Positions 42,894 through 53,562 of a stretch of 64,000 nucleotides of DNA are shown piece by piece. Source of the stretch: Eubacteriales bacterium (lineage in GTDB: Bacteria > Bacillota > Clostridia > Oscillospirales > CAG-272); NCBI GenBank assembly GCA_045587025.1, contig JAZNBK010000041.1, positions 40,037-104,036 of the forward strand, read 5' to 3'. The notes beneath the pieces are model-generated. The model saw only the letters and a program-made list of their open reading frames with translations. It made no database searches and was not told where the DNA came from. Within the stretch, counting starts at the first letter, position 1; every line of letters begins with the position of its first letter. The translations under genes were made by a program, and so were the position numbers.

Positions 42894-44006
42894 ATGGACT
42901 TTAATTTTCAGGCAGAAGAAACAGTGACCAACGTTAACATTAAGGTTATCGGTGTTGGCGGCGGCGGTAACAACGCAGTAAATAGAATGATTTTCAGCAA
43001 TATCAGGGGTGTTGAGTTCATTGCTATCAACACAGACATTCAGGCGCTCGAGAGCTCAAGCGCTTCTAAAAAGTTGATTATCGGTAACAAGCTTACAAAG
43101 GGACACGGCGCAGGCGCCTTCCCCGAAACGGGAAGAAAAGCCGCAGAAGAAAGTCTCGACGAGATAAAAGAGCTTATCGGCGACGCTGATATGGTATTTA
43201 TCACAGCCGGTATGGGTGGCGGAACCGGTACAGGAGCTGCTCCCGTAGTTGCTAAGGTTGCTCGTGAAATGGGCGTTTTGACCGTTGCAATCGTTACAAA
43301 GCCCTTTAGCTTTGAAGGCAGAAAGAGAATGCTTCAGGCAGAGGAAGGCGTTAAAGCCCTTAAAGAATATGCTGACTCCCTCATCATTATCCCCAACGAT
43401 AGATTAAAGCAGATTTCAGACGGACATCTCACGATGGTTAAGGCGTTTGAAATGGCGGACGACACTCTTCGCAAGGGTGTGCAGAGCGTATCCGAATTGG
43501 TTAACATTCCTGCATTTATCAACCTCGACTTCGCCGACGTTTCTTCCGTTATGACGGATGCCGGCTTGGCTCATATGGGCGTTGGTAGCGCGACAGGCGA
43601 GGATAAGGCTCAGCTTGCAGCAAAGGCGGCTATCTCCTCTCCCCTTTTGGAGACCTCCATCGAGGGCGCTACGGGTATCTTGGTAAGCATCACCGCTTCC
43701 CCCGATATCAGTCTCGACGATATCACCTTGGCTTCCGACTTGATTGCCGAAGAAGCTCATCCCGACGCAAACATCATTTGGGGCGCAGCGTTTGACCCTG
43801 AGCTTGATGATGAAATGCGTATCACGGTAATCGCAACCGGTTTTGAAAGCGGAAAGAAATTTAGAGAAACAACACCTGCTTCTCCCGTAGCGGAAAGCAA
43901 GGAACCTCAGTTCGTTTCAGACGGTTCTGCAAGAAGCTCTGAGGAATCTGATTACGACGACATCCTTTCTCTCTTAGGAAAAGGAAAAGCTCCAAGAAGA
44001 TTTTAA
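42894..44006 (+). CDS. ftsZ: Cell-division GTPase FtsZ
   Basis: 370 aa. [25 protein letters not shown]. Conserved C-terminal peptide [10 protein letters not shown]. Confidence 0.99.
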   Translation: MDFNFQAEETVTNVNIKVIGVGGGGNNAVNRMIFSNIRGVEFIAINTDIQALESSSASKKLIIGNKLTKGHGAGAFPETGRKAAEESLDEIKELIGDADMVFITAGMGGGTGTGAAPVVAKVAREMGVLTVAIVTKPFSFEGRKRMLQAEEGVKALKEYADSLIIIPNDRLKQISDGHLTMVKAFEMADDTLRKGVQSVSELVNIPAFINLDFADVSSVMTDAGLAHMGVGSATGEDKAQLAAKAAISSPLLETSIEGATGILVSITASPDISLDDITLASDLIAEEAHPDANIIWGAAFDPELDDEMRITVIATGFESGKKFRETTPASPVAESKEPQFVSDGSARSSEESDYDDILSLLGKGKAPRRF

Positions 44007-44098
44007 TCTTACATAATAGAAAAGGTAGCAATAATTGGACGTACTCTTAAGGACAGTTTTAAAATCCGATAGAATACGATAATACTACCGACAGGAAA

Positions 44099-44140
44099 AG
44101 GACAGAGAAAGCAACTGCAAATTCTCTGTCCTCTTTTCTT
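44099..44140 (+). terminator. ftsZ terminator 1
   Basis: aggacagagaa (44099-44109) pairs with ttctctgtcct (44122-44132), followed by cttttctt. Confidence 0.8.
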
Positions 44141-44150
44141 GACAAGCACT

Positions 44151-44181
44151 GCATCTGTGTCCACAGATGCTATTTTATTTT
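44151..44181 (+). terminator. ftsZ terminator 2 (tandem)
   Basis: gcatctgtg (44151-44159) pairs with cacagatgc (44162-44170), followed by tattttatttt. Confidence 0.65.
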
Positions 44182-44199
44182 GGTGATATGTTTACTTTC

Positions 44200-44404
44200 G
44201 CAAACGCGATATATTTTCGCTTGCGTGAAAATGCGATATTATCTCCCTTTTGGTCGGTAGCGATATGATATAAATTCCTCGCGCCAAGCATACTACACGC
44301 CCAAAGGGCATATCGCATCGAAGATATATCGCACGCAGCGCGCGTATATCACAAATCTTACGAGGGATTTATATCGCTGCGTAGTGTCCTTAAGGGCACT
44401 ACGC
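44200..44404. repeat. Cluster of GCGATAT / ATATCGC heptamers with nested imperfect inverted repeats
   Basis: GCGATAT occurs at 44206, 44233 and 44260 (exact 27-nt spacing). ATATCGC occurs at 44310, 44326 and 44371, plus ATATCAC at 44346. The arm agcgatat(gatat)aaattcctcg (44259-44281) is the reverse complement of cgagggatttatatcgct (44361-44378). A terminal hairpin is formed by gcgtagtg/cactacgc (44379-44404). Confidence 0.85.
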
Positions 44405-44464
44405 TAAGCTTGCTACCTTTTTTGTTTTTCATAAAAATTCTGTAGAAATAATCTTTAGCGATTT

Positions 44465-46291
44465 TTATGCCTTTTTTCTTTGCGCCTCGGCTTTGAGACG
44501 CGTGGGGGTGTCGAGTATTCTCTTGCGAAGTCGAATGTGCTTTGGCGTTACCTCGATAAGCTCGTCCTCGGCGATAAATTCGATTGCTTCCTCCAAGCTC
44601 ATATTTCTTGGAGTAATAAGCGTAAGCGCCTCGTCCGCGCCCTTTGAGCGTACCGCTGTCAGATGCTTTTTCTTACACACGTTTACGCTGATATCTCCCT
44701 GCTTCGGATTTTCGCCTACTATCATACCCTCGTATACCTCTACAGAAGCGCCTACGAACAAAGGACCTCTATCCTGTGTATAGTATAATCCGTAGCTCGT
44801 CGTTTCTCCCGTTTCACTTGCGACGAGCGAGCCGGTAAAGCGGACGTTTATATCGCCCTTATAAGGGGCGTAGCCCTCAAATATCGTATTGAGTATTCCC
44901 TCTCCTCTCGTGTCGGTCATAAACTCGCTTCTATAGCCGAAAAGACAACGGGTAGGAATAAGATAGAAAAGACGCTGTCTTGAACCGCGAAGCTGCATAT
45001 CGAGAAGCTCGCCCTTTCTTGCGCCCAGCTTTTCCATTACCGAGCCGATATATTCCTCGGGCACGTCTATTTCAACACGCTCGATTGGCTCGTGCTTCAC
45101 ACCGTCAATCTCTTTAAACAAAACGTGCGGAGTGGAGCAAGCCAACTCGTAGCCCTCTCTTCTCATCGTCTCTATCAAAATAGACAGGTGCATTTCTCCG
45201 CGTCCCGCGACCTTGAAGCTCTCGGTAGTATCGCCGTCTGAAACTCTGAGCGAAACGTCCTTGAGAAGCTCCTTGTAAAGCCGTTCACGAAGATGACGGC
45301 TCGTTACGAACTTGCCTTCTCTGCCTGCAAAGGGGCTATCGTTTACCGAGAAGGTCATTTCCATGGTCGGCTCGCTCACCTTTACAAATTCGAGCGGTTC
45401 AATTGCGTTAAGAGAGGTAACCGTATCACCGATATTGATTTCTTCGGCTCCCGAGAAGCATACGATATCACCTACGCGCGCGCTATCCACCTTCACTCTG
45501 CTAAGACCGTCAAACTGGTATATAGAAACGATTTTCGCGCGCTTGTGGCTCTCTGACGAATGATAATTCGATATAGCGACCTCTTGATTCACCTTCAGCG
45601 TTCCTCTTTCGATACGTCCGATACCGATTCTGCCGACGTAGTCATTATAGTCGATAGAGGAAACGAGGAGCTGTAATTCCTCAGCGTCCTCTCCCTCAGG
45701 ACAGGGGATATATTCTAAAATCGTATTGAAAAGCGGTTTTAAATCCGTTCCGCTCTCAAAGGGCGAAAGCGAAGCCGTTCCTGCTCTGCCCGAGCAGAAA
45801 AGCATCGGAGAATCGAGCTGCTCGTCGGTGGCGTTCAGATCCATCAGAAGCTCGAGGACCTCCTCCTCGACCTCCTCAAGCCGCGCGTCAGGGCGGTCGA
45901 TTTTATTTACTACTACGATAACTCTATGATTAAGGGAAAGCGCCTTTTCAAGAACGAAGCGCGTCTGAGGCATAGGGCCTTCCGCCGCGTCAACCAACAA
46001 AATTACGCCGTTCACCATCTTCAAAATACGCTCAACCTCGCCGCCAAAATCGGCGTGTCCGGGAGTATCTACAATATTTATCTTAACGTCGCCGTAATGC
46101 ACCGCCGTATTTTTCGCAAGAATAGTAATGCCGCGCTCCTTTTCGATAGCATTATTATCCATTACTCTTTCTTCGGTTACCTGATTTTCACGATATACGC
46201 CTCCCTGACGAAGCATTTCGTCGACGAGAGTGGTTTTTCCATGGTCAACGTGCGCTATAATAGCAACATTTCTCAAATCCGTGCGTTTCAA
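44465..46291 (-). CDS. typA: Translational GTPase TypA/BipA
   Basis: 608 aa. TTG start with RBS agaggt. [25 protein letters not shown]. Confidence 0.96.
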   Translation of the reverse strand: MKRTDLRNVAIIAHVDHGKTTLVDEMLRQGGVYRENQVTEERVMDNNAIEKERGITILAKNTAVHYGDVKINIVDTPGHADFGGEVERILKMVNGVILLVDAAEGPMPQTRFVLEKALSLNHRVIVVVNKIDRPDARLEEVEEEVLELLMDLNATDEQLDSPMLFCSGRAGTASLSPFESGTDLKPLFNTILEYIPCPEGEDAEELQLLVSSIDYNDYVGRIGIGRIERGTLKVNQEVAISNYHSSESHKRAKIVSIYQFDGLSRVKVDSARVGDIVCFSGAEEINIGDTVTSLNAIEPLEFVKVSEPTMEMTFSVNDSPFAGREGKFVTSRHLRERLYKELLKDVSLRVSDGDTTESFKVAGRGEMHLSILIETMRREGYELACSTPHVLFKEIDGVKHEPIERVEIDVPEEYIGSVMEKLGARKGELLDMQLRGSRQRLFYLIPTRCLFGYRSEFMTDTRGEGILNTIFEGYAPYKGDINVRFTGSLVASETGETTSYGLYYTQDRGPLFVGASVEVYEGMIVGENPKQGDISVNVCKKKHLTAVRSKGADEALTLITPRNMSLEEAIEFIAEDELIEVTPKHIRLRKRILDTPTRLKAEAQRKKA

Positions 46292-46519
46292 AATTCTTAC
46301 CTCTTTTTCATCTTCTATATAGAAATTAATTAACTTAGATATTATATCACAATTTTTATAGTAATTACAATAGTTTTGTCAAAATATTTGTTTTTTTTCC
46401 TGCTTTTTGCAGGCGCAATTCAGACGGCTTTTTCTTGTTTTATACGCATAACGATTATATATTTTTCCTTGATTTCCAAGTGTTTAATCCGCTTCTCTGC
46501 GATTTTTATCATATTTCTA

Positions 46520-46548
46520 TTGATTTTTATGTATCAATATGTTATAAT
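46520..46548 (+). promoter_or_regulatory. Promoter of the CNNM/CorC-type gene
   Basis: TTGATT (46520-46525), a 17-nt spacer, then TGtTATAAT (TATAAT 46543-46548). This implies a ~190-nt 5' leader. Confidence 0.55.
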
Positions 46549-46746
46549 GAATGAAATATAACAAAAAAGGAGTTGGTTTTGTGGATTCGCTTCCGCGAAG
46601 TAGGTGGTATATTATCAATACTTCACCTCTGAAAAAATATAACGTAAGGTTTGTTGACTGGTTACGTGTTTGGGTATCGAATATAAATTGATATCTGTAT
46701 TTTAATCACAAAACAAATTATTACCGTATAAATTTTTGGAGGAAAT

Positions 46747-48078
46747 ATGTCAACTTTATTTCAGCAATTGTTATTGCAACTTATTCTTATTTTAATTAAC
46801 GCTTTTTTTGCGTCTACCGAGATTGCGGTTATATCCCTTAACGAATCAAAGTTAAAGGCGCGCGCAGAGGACGGCGACAAAAAAGCAGGTAAAATTCTCA
46901 AGATTGTAGAAGAGCCCACGAGGTTTCTTTCAACTATACAAATCGGCATTACCTTGGCAGGATTTTTAGGTTCTGCTTTTGCTGCCGACAACTTTTCGAA
47001 AAGACTTTCGTCCTTCCTTATAAGAACCTTTGATATTTCTCTTTCACAGGCGGATACTATCAATACGATATCGGTCATTATCATTACGCTTATTCTCTCC
47101 TTCTTCACTCTTGTTTTTGGAGAGCTGGTTCCGAAGCGTTTGGCAATGCGTCATAAGGAAAAGCTTGCGCAAGCCACTTGCGGTGCAATTTCCTTTCTCT
47201 CTAACGTATTGAACCCTATAATTTGGTTTCTGACCGTATCTACTAACTGCGTTCTCCGTATCTTCGGCATCGACCCGAAGGAAAAGGACGAGGTGGTGTC
47301 CGAGGAGGATATCGTTATTATGCTCGACGCAGGCGTTGACGAAGGGCGCTTCGATGAAAACGACATCGAGTACATAAAGAACGTATTTAAGCTCGACGCA
47401 ATGTTCGCAAAGGACGTTATGACTCCGAGAAAATCTCTGTTACTCGTAGAAAATACTGCGACCGACGAAGAAATAATGGGAATCATAGAAAACGAGTGCT
47501 TCTCAAGAATTCCCGTCTATTCGGAAAATTCCGATAATATTATAGGTATTTTCCATTGCCGTGATTATCTCATCAATCATACAAAGCCGAATTTCAAGCT
47601 CGAGGACATATTGTTCGCTCCCACCTTCGTTCCCGAAAGCGCAAAATTAGACGCGCTCTTTAAGGATATGCAGAAGGAGCATCATCACATTGTAATCGTA
47701 GTTAACGAGTTCGGTGAGACTGCGGGTATCGTTACAATGGAGGATATCCTTGAGGAAATCGTGGGCGAAATTTGGGACGAAACCGACGAGGCGGTAGAAC
47801 CCATAGTACAGACGGGCGAGGATACCTATCGCGTATTGTGCTCTGCCCTCACAGAATCGTTCTTTGAATTTTTCTCACTCAAATACGAGGATGCAACCGA
47901 AGCCATTACGGTAAACGGCTGGATCTCCGAGCTCTTGGGCAATATCCCAGAGCAGGGCTTCTCGTTTGATTATGAAAATCTCTCAATAACAGTTACCGTT
48001 GCCGATGAATTAATGGCGCACGAAATTTCTGTAAAGGTAAACAAGCCGCAGGAAGATGAAGAAGCAGAAAAGGAATAA
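46747..48078 (+). CDS. Hemolysin-family / CNNM-type protein (DUF21 TM domain, CBS pair, CorC_HlyC)
   Basis: 443 aa. N-terminal 4-TM DUF21-like region (TEIAVISLNESKL), CBS region (VMTPRKSLLLVE...FSRIPVY), EHHHIVIVVNEFGETAGIVTMEDILEEIVGEI, and a C-terminal CorC_HlyC-like domain. Confidence 0.88.
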   Translation: MSTLFQQLLLQLILILINAFFASTEIAVISLNESKLKARAEDGDKKAGKILKIVEEPTRFLSTIQIGITLAGFLGSAFAADNFSKRLSSFLIRTFDISLSQADTINTISVIIITLILSFFTLVFGELVPKRLAMRHKEKLAQATCGAISFLSNVLNPIIWFLTVSTNCVLRIFGIDPKEKDEVVSEEDIVIMLDAGVDEGRFDENDIEYIKNVFKLDAMFAKDVMTPRKSLLLVENTATDEEIMGIIENECFSRIPVYSENSDNIIGIFHCRDYLINHTKPNFKLEDILFAPTFVPESAKLDALFKDMQKEHHHIVIVVNEFGETAGIVTMEDILEEIVGEIWDETDEAVEPIVQTGEDTYRVLCSALTESFFEFFSLKYEDATEAITVNGWISELLGNIPEQGFSFDYENLSITVTVADELMAHEISVKVNKPQEDEEAEKE

Positions 48079-48233
48079 TTCCGTTTTGCTATAAATTATT
48101 CGTGAAAAAACATATATTTTTTAGCAAATAACTCTTGCATTTATGAAAAATATGTGTTATAATAGTTTTTGTCAATTTGTGATGTAAATAAAATATATAA
48201 ATATCGTTGCATCGTTTTAGGAGGTGTCAAGAA

Positions 48234-48419
48234 ATGGCAAAGTGTTGTGTATGCGGTAAGAGCGTTGTCTTTGGACATGCAGTTTCGCACTCTAACCGTA
48301 AGACTAACAGAACCTGGAAGCCCAACATTCGTAAAGTAAAGGCGGTTGTTGGTGGCTCAAACAAGACAGTTAGCGTATGTTCTCGCTGTCTGCGTGCAGG
48401 CAAGGTAGAGCGCGCATAA
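48234..48419 (+). CDS. rpmB: 50S ribosomal protein L28
   Basis: ATG 48234 after RBS TAGGAGGTG (the track ORF starts at 48207). MAKCCVCGKSVVFGHAVSHSNRKTNRTWKPN. 61 aa. Confidence 0.95.
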   Translation: MAKCCVCGKSVVFGHAVSHSNRKTNRTWKPNIRKVKAVVGGSNKTVSVCSRCLRAGKVERA

Positions 48420-48426
48420 TCGAATG

Positions 48427-48460
48427 AAAATCCGCCAATGATTTTGGCGGTTTTTTCTTT
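48427..48460 (+). terminator. rpmB terminator
   Basis: ccgccaa (48432-48438) pairs with ttggcgg (48444-48450), followed by T6. Confidence 0.85.
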
Positions 48461-48497
48461 TTAATTCAGTTTAAGTAAATAACTTCAGAGGTGAAAA

Positions 48498-49214
48498 ATG
48501 AAAAACATAGCGCTTATTGATTGCCGTGTTAGCGAGAAATGCCGTATAAGTTTAGAAGGTTACGGTTTTTCTCTTGTTGCCTTGCCCCCATTCCCTCTTT
48601 TGGACAACTCGGTAAAATCTCATCCTGACATGCTCGTTTTCGCGGACGATGACAGGATAATATCTCATCAAAAATATAAGGAAATCGCAGAGGCGGAATT
48701 TTCCTTGATTTCAAAGCTCCGCCCCAATTTAAAACAAATTTTCTCTCTTGAGCCGATTTCGGAAAAATATCCGAACGATATACTTTTTAACGCCTGTAAA
48801 ATCGGAAAGCGAATATTCGCCCGATATGATTTCATTTCTTCGGAGATAAAAAAGCTCGCAAGAGAAAAGCAATATTCTATCCATAACATAAGGCAGGGAT
48901 ATAGCGCCTGCTCCTGCCTTAACGTAGATGAAAACAGTATTATAACCTCAGACCCCTCTCTTGCAAGAGCGGCGAGAGAGTGCGGTATTTCGGTGCTTTC
49001 GATAGAAAAGGGGCATATAACGCTTCCCTTCCAGGATTATGGCTTCATTGGCGGCGCAGGCGGAGCTTTTGACGACAAGGTCTTTTTTCTCGGCAACGTC
49101 GATTTGCATCCAAACGGAGATGAAATAAAGGAATTCATAAGCAAAAGAGGCAAGCTTGCGGTTTCGCTTTCCGACGAAGTGCTCGCAGATTGCGGAAAGA
49201 TTATTTTTATATAG
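48498..49214 (+). CDS. Conserved-looking hypothetical protein
   Basis: 238 aa, soluble. RBS agaggtg. Notable segments: KSHPDMLVF, IRQGYSACSCLNVDENSIITSD, DYGFIGGAGG. I cannot name a family with confidence. Confidence 0.6.
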   Translation: MKNIALIDCRVSEKCRISLEGYGFSLVALPPFPLLDNSVKSHPDMLVFADDDRIISHQKYKEIAEAEFSLISKLRPNLKQIFSLEPISEKYPNDILFNACKIGKRIFARYDFISSEIKKLAREKQYSIHNIRQGYSACSCLNVDENSIITSDPSLARAARECGISVLSIEKGHITLPFQDYGFIGGAGGAFDDKVFFLGNVDLHPNGDEIKEFISKRGKLAVSLSDEVLADCGKIIFI

Positions 49215-50295
49215 ATTTTTCTTCCTTGCGTTTTAAAACACTTTTCAAGACCGCAGCGAATACGGGTCCTAAAATCATTCCGCCGACCCCAAAGAACGAC
49301 AGTCCCAAATACATTGAGAAAAGTGTCAATAGCGGGTGAATACCAAATTTAGCGCCGATTATTTTCGGCTCTATTATCTGCCTTATTACAGTGATTACAA
49401 GATAAAGCAAAAGCAAGCCGATCCCTAAAAACAAATTCCCTCTCGCAAATTCAAAAAGCGACCAGGGTATCAATATACTCCCTACCCCCAAGACGGGAAG
49501 AATATCTACGACAGCGCATATAACGGAAAGTATAAGCGCATATTTTATCCTTAATATGAGAAAGCCAATCAGCAAAAGCGAAAAGGTGATTACCATAATA
49601 GTAAAATAAGCGCAGATATATTTGAACGAGGTGTCGAAAAGTGTATTTTTCAATTCCTTGCCCTTTTCCTGCCACTTTTGCGGAAAGATAGACAATACTC
49701 GCTTATTGATGTTTTTGAGGTCCATACTGAAATAAAATGCAGCTATAACGGAAACGAGTATAAATATCATCAACCTTGGTAATGCGAGCAGGAGCTTGCT
49801 TATCACCTTCGGTACACCGCTCATAATTGCGCTCACGCCGTTTTCGATAAATGCGCCTATATATTCGTCTATCCCCGTAAAAACGCCTGTATCGGAATTA
49901 TACGAGCCGAAAAAGTATATTTTTTCTCGTATTCCTTCGACGTACAGCTCAAGCTTTTCAAGTATATCGCTAATAACGTACGGATTTTCTTCCAAATAAG
50001 CGATGAAATCCCGTATCTCTTTTATTACCCGAGTGATAATAAAAAACAAGACGCTGCTAAGAAGCGAAAGCGCGACGGATACGAATATAAAATTCAAAAC
50101 CTTCGACGAAAGCCCTGTTTTCCTGTGCATATACTCTGAAAGAGGTCTTACGGCAAAGGCGACACCCCAAGATATTATAAATGGCATCAGCGCCCAAATA
50201 ACGTATTTGAAAACGACGTAGATAACCGCAACGGCTCCAAGGGCGCATATTAAAGCGGAGGCATATCGAACAAAATCTATTTTCCTTATATTCAT
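49207..50295 (-). CDS. ytvI: AI-2E family transporter, YtvI-like sporulation membrane protein
   Basis: 362 aa, multi-TM. The N-terminus (MNIRKIDFVRY...VFKYVIWALMPFIISWGVAFAVRPL) and overall pattern resemble YtvI. Its 3' end overlaps the convergent 238-aa gene by 8 nt. Confidence 0.7.
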   Translation of the reverse strand: MNIRKIDFVRYASALICALGAVAVIYVVFKYVIWALMPFIISWGVAFAVRPLSEYMHRKTGLSSKVLNFIFVSVALSLLSSVLFFIITRVIKEIRDFIAYLEENPYVISDILEKLELYVEGIREKIYFFGSYNSDTGVFTGIDEYIGAFIENGVSAIMSGVPKVISKLLLALPRLMIFILVSVIAAFYFSMDLKNINKRVLSIFPQKWQEKGKELKNTLFDTSFKYICAYFTIMVITFSLLLIGFLILRIKYALILSVICAVVDILPVLGVGSILIPWSLFEFARGNLFLGIGLLLLYLVITVIRQIIEPKIIGAKFGIHPLLTLFSMYLGLSFFGVGGMILGPVFAAVLKSVLKRKEEKSI

Positions 50296-50387
50296 AGCAC
50301 CTCCGCATCAAGTATTGCTCATCTATATGAATTAACTATATATATTGTATTCAATTTTACATTAAAATATTTAAAGGAGATTTTCAA

Positions 50388-50861
50388 ATGGTAATTATTG
50401 AAATGGAAAACGGTAAAAAAATAAAGCTTGAGCTTTATCCCGAAGTTGCGCCCAAAACGGTCGCTAACTTTGAAAAGCTTGTAAAAGAGGGCTTCTACGA
50501 CGGACTTACCTTCCACCGCATTATTCCCGGTTTTATGATACAGGGAGGCGATCCGCTCGGCAACGGAATGGGCGGTTCTGATGAAAAGATAGTCGGAGAA
50601 TTTGCAATTAACGGCTTCAACAATACTCTGAAGCACACGAGAGGCGTCATCTCGATGGCTCGCTCCCAGATGCCTAATTCCGCCTCCTCACAATTCTTTA
50701 TTATGCACGAGGATGCTCCTCACCTTGACGGCTCTTATGCAGCGTTTGGAAAGGTTGTTGAGGGCATCGAAACAGTTGATGAAATTGCCTCGGTTCCTAC
50801 CGATTTTTCGGACAGACCTCGCATTGCGGTCGTAATCAAGAAAATGACGATAGAAGAATAA
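50388..50861 (+). CDS. ppiB: Peptidyl-prolyl cis-trans isomerase (cyclophilin type)
   Basis: 157 aa. FHRIIPGFMIQGGDP, SQFFI. Confidence 0.96.
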   Translation: MVIIEMENGKKIKLELYPEVAPKTVANFEKLVKEGFYDGLTFHRIIPGFMIQGGDPLGNGMGGSDEKIVGEFAINGFNNTLKHTRGVISMARSQMPNSASSQFFIMHEDAPHLDGSYAAFGKVVEGIETVDEIASVPTDFSDRPRIAVVIKKMTIEE

Positions 50862-50870
50862 AGCGAAACG

Positions 50871-50914
50871 AAAAAACCATAACCACTCTCGCTTGAGTTG
50901 GTTATGGTTTTTTT
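50871..50914. terminator. Bidirectional terminator between ppiB and obg
   Basis: aaccataacca (50875-50885) pairs with tggttatggtt (50899-50909). It is flanked by an A6 run on the left and a T7 run on the right. Confidence 0.85.
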
Positions 50915-50915
50915 A

Positions 50916-52220
<1,305 letters not shown>

Positions 52221-53552
52221 TTAATTGCCTTCCTCGCCTCTTTGTCTTACGACTATCCTTATAGGCGTTCCTTTAAAGCCGAACACCTCTCTTATACAAT
52301 TCTCTATATATCTTTGATAGGAGAAATGGAACAACTCCGCATTGTTGCAGAAAATTACGAAGGACGGGGGCGCTACCGACGCCTGAGTCATATAATAAAG
52401 CTTCAGGTGCTTGCCCTTGTCGGAGGGGGGCTGATGCCTTGACGTCGCATCGTTCAAAAGGTCGTTAAGCACGCCTGTCGTTATGCGACGCTTCGATGCC
52501 TCATATACCTCGTTTACCAAATTATATATATTACTTATTCTCTGCCCTGTGAGCGCTGAGACATAAATAATGGGAGCGTAAGTCATATAAGAAAGCGCAG
52601 TTCTTATTTTCTTTTCAAAATTATTTACCGTATTGTTATCTTTTTCGAGCAAGTCCCACTTGTTCACTACAATAATAGACGCCTTGCCTGCCTCGTGCGC
52701 TATACCTGCGATTTTTTCATCCTGCTCGGTAATGCCCTCTGTCGCATCTATCATAATAAGACAAACGTCCGCTCTCTCTACCGCCATATGAGCCCTGAGA
52801 ACGCTGAATTTTTCGAGCTTGTCCTCTATCTTGCTTTTACGACGTATGCCTGCGGTATCTATAAAATTATAACTGCCGTACTCATTTCTAACCACAGAGT
52901 CCACTGCGTCTCGGGTAGTTCCCGGAATGTTTGAAACGATGTGTCTGTCCTCGCCAAGCATCTTGTTTATTATAGAAGATTTACCTGCGTTCGGCTTTCC
53001 TATAACGGCGACGTTTATCATTCCGTTATCCTCTTCATCCTTGTTTTGAGGCGGAATTTCTTCTAAGATAGCGTCGAGCAAATCTCCCGTACCGCTACCG
53101 TGAAGAGAGGAGAGCGCTATCGGCTCTCTTTCAAAGCCAAGCTCATAGAATTCATAAAACTCGGCAGGAACCCGTCCCACCTTATCTGCCTTGTTTACGC
53201 AAAGGATTATCGGCTTCCCTGATTTTTTAAGCATAACGGCAATATCTCTGTCATCTGCCAAAAGCCCCGCTCTTATATCGCAAAGAAAGATAATTACGTC
53301 GGCTGACTCAATTGCTATCTGCGCCTGAGTTCTCATCTGCATCAAGATAACGTCGTCGGTTTTCGTTTCTATACCGCCCGTATCGATTAAGACAAATTTC
53401 CGACCCGACCATTCTCCTTCACCGTAAATTCTATCTCTTGTAACACCCGGAATATCCTCAACTATAGAACGTCTTTCTCCGATTATCTTATTAAACAACG
53501 TGCTTTTTCCCACGTTGGGACGCCCTACAATAGCAACTATCGGTTTTCCCAT
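52221..53552 (-). CDS. der: Ribosome-associated GTPase Der/EngA
   Basis: 443 aa. Two G domains (GRPNVGKST and GKPNAGKSS) plus a KH-like C-terminus. Confidence 0.97.
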   Translation of the reverse strand: MGKPIVAIVGRPNVGKSTLFNKIIGERRSIVEDIPGVTRDRIYGEGEWSGRKFVLIDTGGIETKTDDVILMQMRTQAQIAIESADVIIFLCDIRAGLLADDRDIAVMLKKSGKPIILCVNKADKVGRVPAEFYEFYELGFEREPIALSSLHGSGTGDLLDAILEEIPPQNKDEEDNGMINVAVIGKPNAGKSSIINKMLGEDRHIVSNIPGTTRDAVDSVVRNEYGSYNFIDTAGIRRKSKIEDKLEKFSVLRAHMAVERADVCLIMIDATEGITEQDEKIAGIAHEAGKASIIVVNKWDLLEKDNNTVNNFEKKIRTALSYMTYAPIIYVSALTGQRISNIYNLVNEVYEASKRRITTGVLNDLLNDATSRHQPPSDKGKHLKLYYMTQASVAPPSFVIFCNNAELFHFSYQRYIENCIREVFGFKGTPIRIVVRQRGEEGN

Positions 53553-53562
53553 TTCTTATCCC

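Noticed and set aside
44206-44266. Regular 27-nt spacing of GCGATAT suggested a mini CRISPR-like or tandem-repeat array.
   Set aside because: Only the heptamer is conserved between the 27-nt units. There are no extended repeats and no cas genes. It is better described as a heptamer and inverted-repeat cluster (see findings).
46376-46561. 61-aa ORF (MSKYLFFFLLFAGAIQ…) upstream of the CNNM-type gene.
   Set aside because: It sits in the AT-rich divergent promoter region and covers the predicted -35/-10 (46520-46548). Its Phe/Ile/Leu-rich composition simply reflects T-rich DNA, and it has no RBS.
46562-46746. M-box or yybP-ykoY (Mn) riboswitch upstream of the CorC/CNNM-type gene.
   Set aside because: I could not find the conserved cores of either class by eye. 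It is kept only as an unexplained long leader. A covariance-model scan is needed.
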